A stretch of DNA of 64,000 nucleotides from Camelus dromedarius (lineage: Eukaryota): assembly GCF_036321535.1 (NCBI RefSeq), contig NC_087437.1, forward strand, positions 71,054,001-71,118,000. Direction: 5' to 3'. The position numbers were made by a program, and so were the translations under genes. Under the pieces are notes generated by a model. It made no database searches. It saw nothing but the letters and a program-made list of their open reading frames with translations, and was not told the DNA's origin. Each line of letters opens with the position of its first letter. Positions within the stretch are counted from its first letter, which is position 1. Of this stretch, positions 62,518-64,000 are shown piece by piece.

Positions 62518-64000
62518 TATTCACATATATAATTTTATTTAATTGCCACAATAACCCTATAGAGTGGATATGATTATCCTCATTTTATGATGAGGAAGCC
62601 AGGCTATCATGAAATACTTAAGGAGTGATTATTAAGTGAATGCATTCTCTAGGCTCTTTACTTCTCCTGCCTGAGTTCTGTTAGCATATCTATCAAAAGG
62701 AGAAAGAAAAGAGAAAACCTAGCCCAGTTCTTTGTTATATAACCAATGCCGGTTTAAAAAAAAAAATAGATCTAAGGAGGGAGGAAGTTGAAATAATTAG
62801 CTGAGAAGTAGGAGTAGAGAGTAATCTAGCATCTCTCTCATTTTCTGCTTTCATCTCCCACACCCACAACGCATCAGGAACTGCCTGGACAACCAAGGCT
62901 TAACCCCCACCTGCCATGATAAAGAATCTAAGACCAGAGACCATGCAATGCAAAAAATAAGTCAATCAGAAATTCATGAGAGTGTAATTCCAACAACAGG
63001 CTCAGAATTGATTTTCAGAGCTGAGGGGTTCCCTTCATACAATTAGTCATTGACACTCAGCTGTACTATTTTTAAGTAGCTGTCAAACCTCAGCAGAGTA
63101 AAATGTCCAGCAAGATGGTAACAAATATCCTGAGGTTTTATGCTTCCCTCCTACCTGACAGGTGAGATGAGGCTACGACATCATTAGCCAACTGCAGATC
63201 CCAGGAAAGAGTGATTTCTGGCCACTGCTTTCCAAGGTGGCCCAGTTGCAGAGGGAAAGGCATTCTGGGACTGAGCCTGCCTCAAAGGTGAAAATATCCT
63301 TGAACAATCAGAAAGCATTGCATTTTTCCGAAAGCTCTTGGCAGCAACAGTGCTATCTCTGGGGTAGTGGCTGCCCTTCTCCAAATAATGAGAAAATTAT
63401 CATTATTATCAAAAATTATTATTATGCTTTAAAATATATTGAGTGCAAACAGTGTGCCAAGATAAAGAACAAATTTTTTTAACAATTCTCTGAATTCATT
63501 CCAAGTCACTCGCCCCTTACAATTATTTGCTCATTTTAACAGGTTCACATTCCAGGCTGAAACATTCAAATTGAGGTATAAAATGACAGCCACGATTAAG
63601 CCAATCTCCTAATCAAAGGAGAGCTGCAGTTAGTAGAACTGAGAGCAAATCCTGGCCACCAAGCCAGCCTCTACCTCTGCCAGGGGCCTGGAGCAAGAGT
63701 TCCCATGGAGGCCCATATACTCCGTGTCTACATATTTTAGTTATAACCAACAGACCATTGAATGAGATATTTAATCCTCCTGTCTTGATAAAGGTACCTT
63801 CTTAATAATCTGGAAGGCCAGGTTTGAATTCAGGATTCCTAGGCCCTTCAAGAGTTGCACACAAAATGTGAGAGGGCAGAAGAAGCCCTCAGGGACTCCA
63901 TCTCAGGGACTTTGTCCTCTTCACCCTCCACCTCAGGATACATCCAAGCTATTCATCTGAGCTCCTCCATGACCTACGCCTTGAACCCTGGGGTCCCACA

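Noticed and set aside
59406..64000. DRD3 coding sequence
   Set aside because: No GPCR-like ORF in the window; this stretch is intron 1, and the coding exon should lie downstream.

Overview
Mammalian genomic DNA, almost certainly camelid (four Vic-1-like tRNA-derived SINEs). It corresponds to the ZNF80-DRD3 interval (human 3q13.31), with both genes on the + strand. The only complete protein-coding region is an intronless C2H2 zinc-finger gene, ZNF80 (ORF about 13989-14924, 8 intact fingers). It carries a frameshifted, intron-free KRAB remnant in its 5' leader, decayed extra fingers in its 3' UTR, and a CpG-rich promoter with ZNF143-type, NRF1 and tandem ETS motifs. Near the right end is the first exon of DRD3 (donor at 59405/59406); the annotated DRD3 coding exon should lie just beyond the window. 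Most of the rest is interspersed repeats (L1, L2, MIR, MaLR/ERVL/ERV1 LTRs, hAT and Tigger DNA transposons), including two 5'-inverted (twin-primed) L1 insertions. The most interesting observations are the uORF/stop-start/possible N-terminal-extension architecture of the DRD3 leader with a candidate 53-nt cassette exon, the apparently better-preserved ZNF80 with its own CpG promoter, and an orphan promoter-like module at 25.6 kb. I see no clear evidence of a wholly new biological system. Gene identities and repeat family names rest on my recall of reference sequences, not on a search, and most repeat boundaries are approximate.
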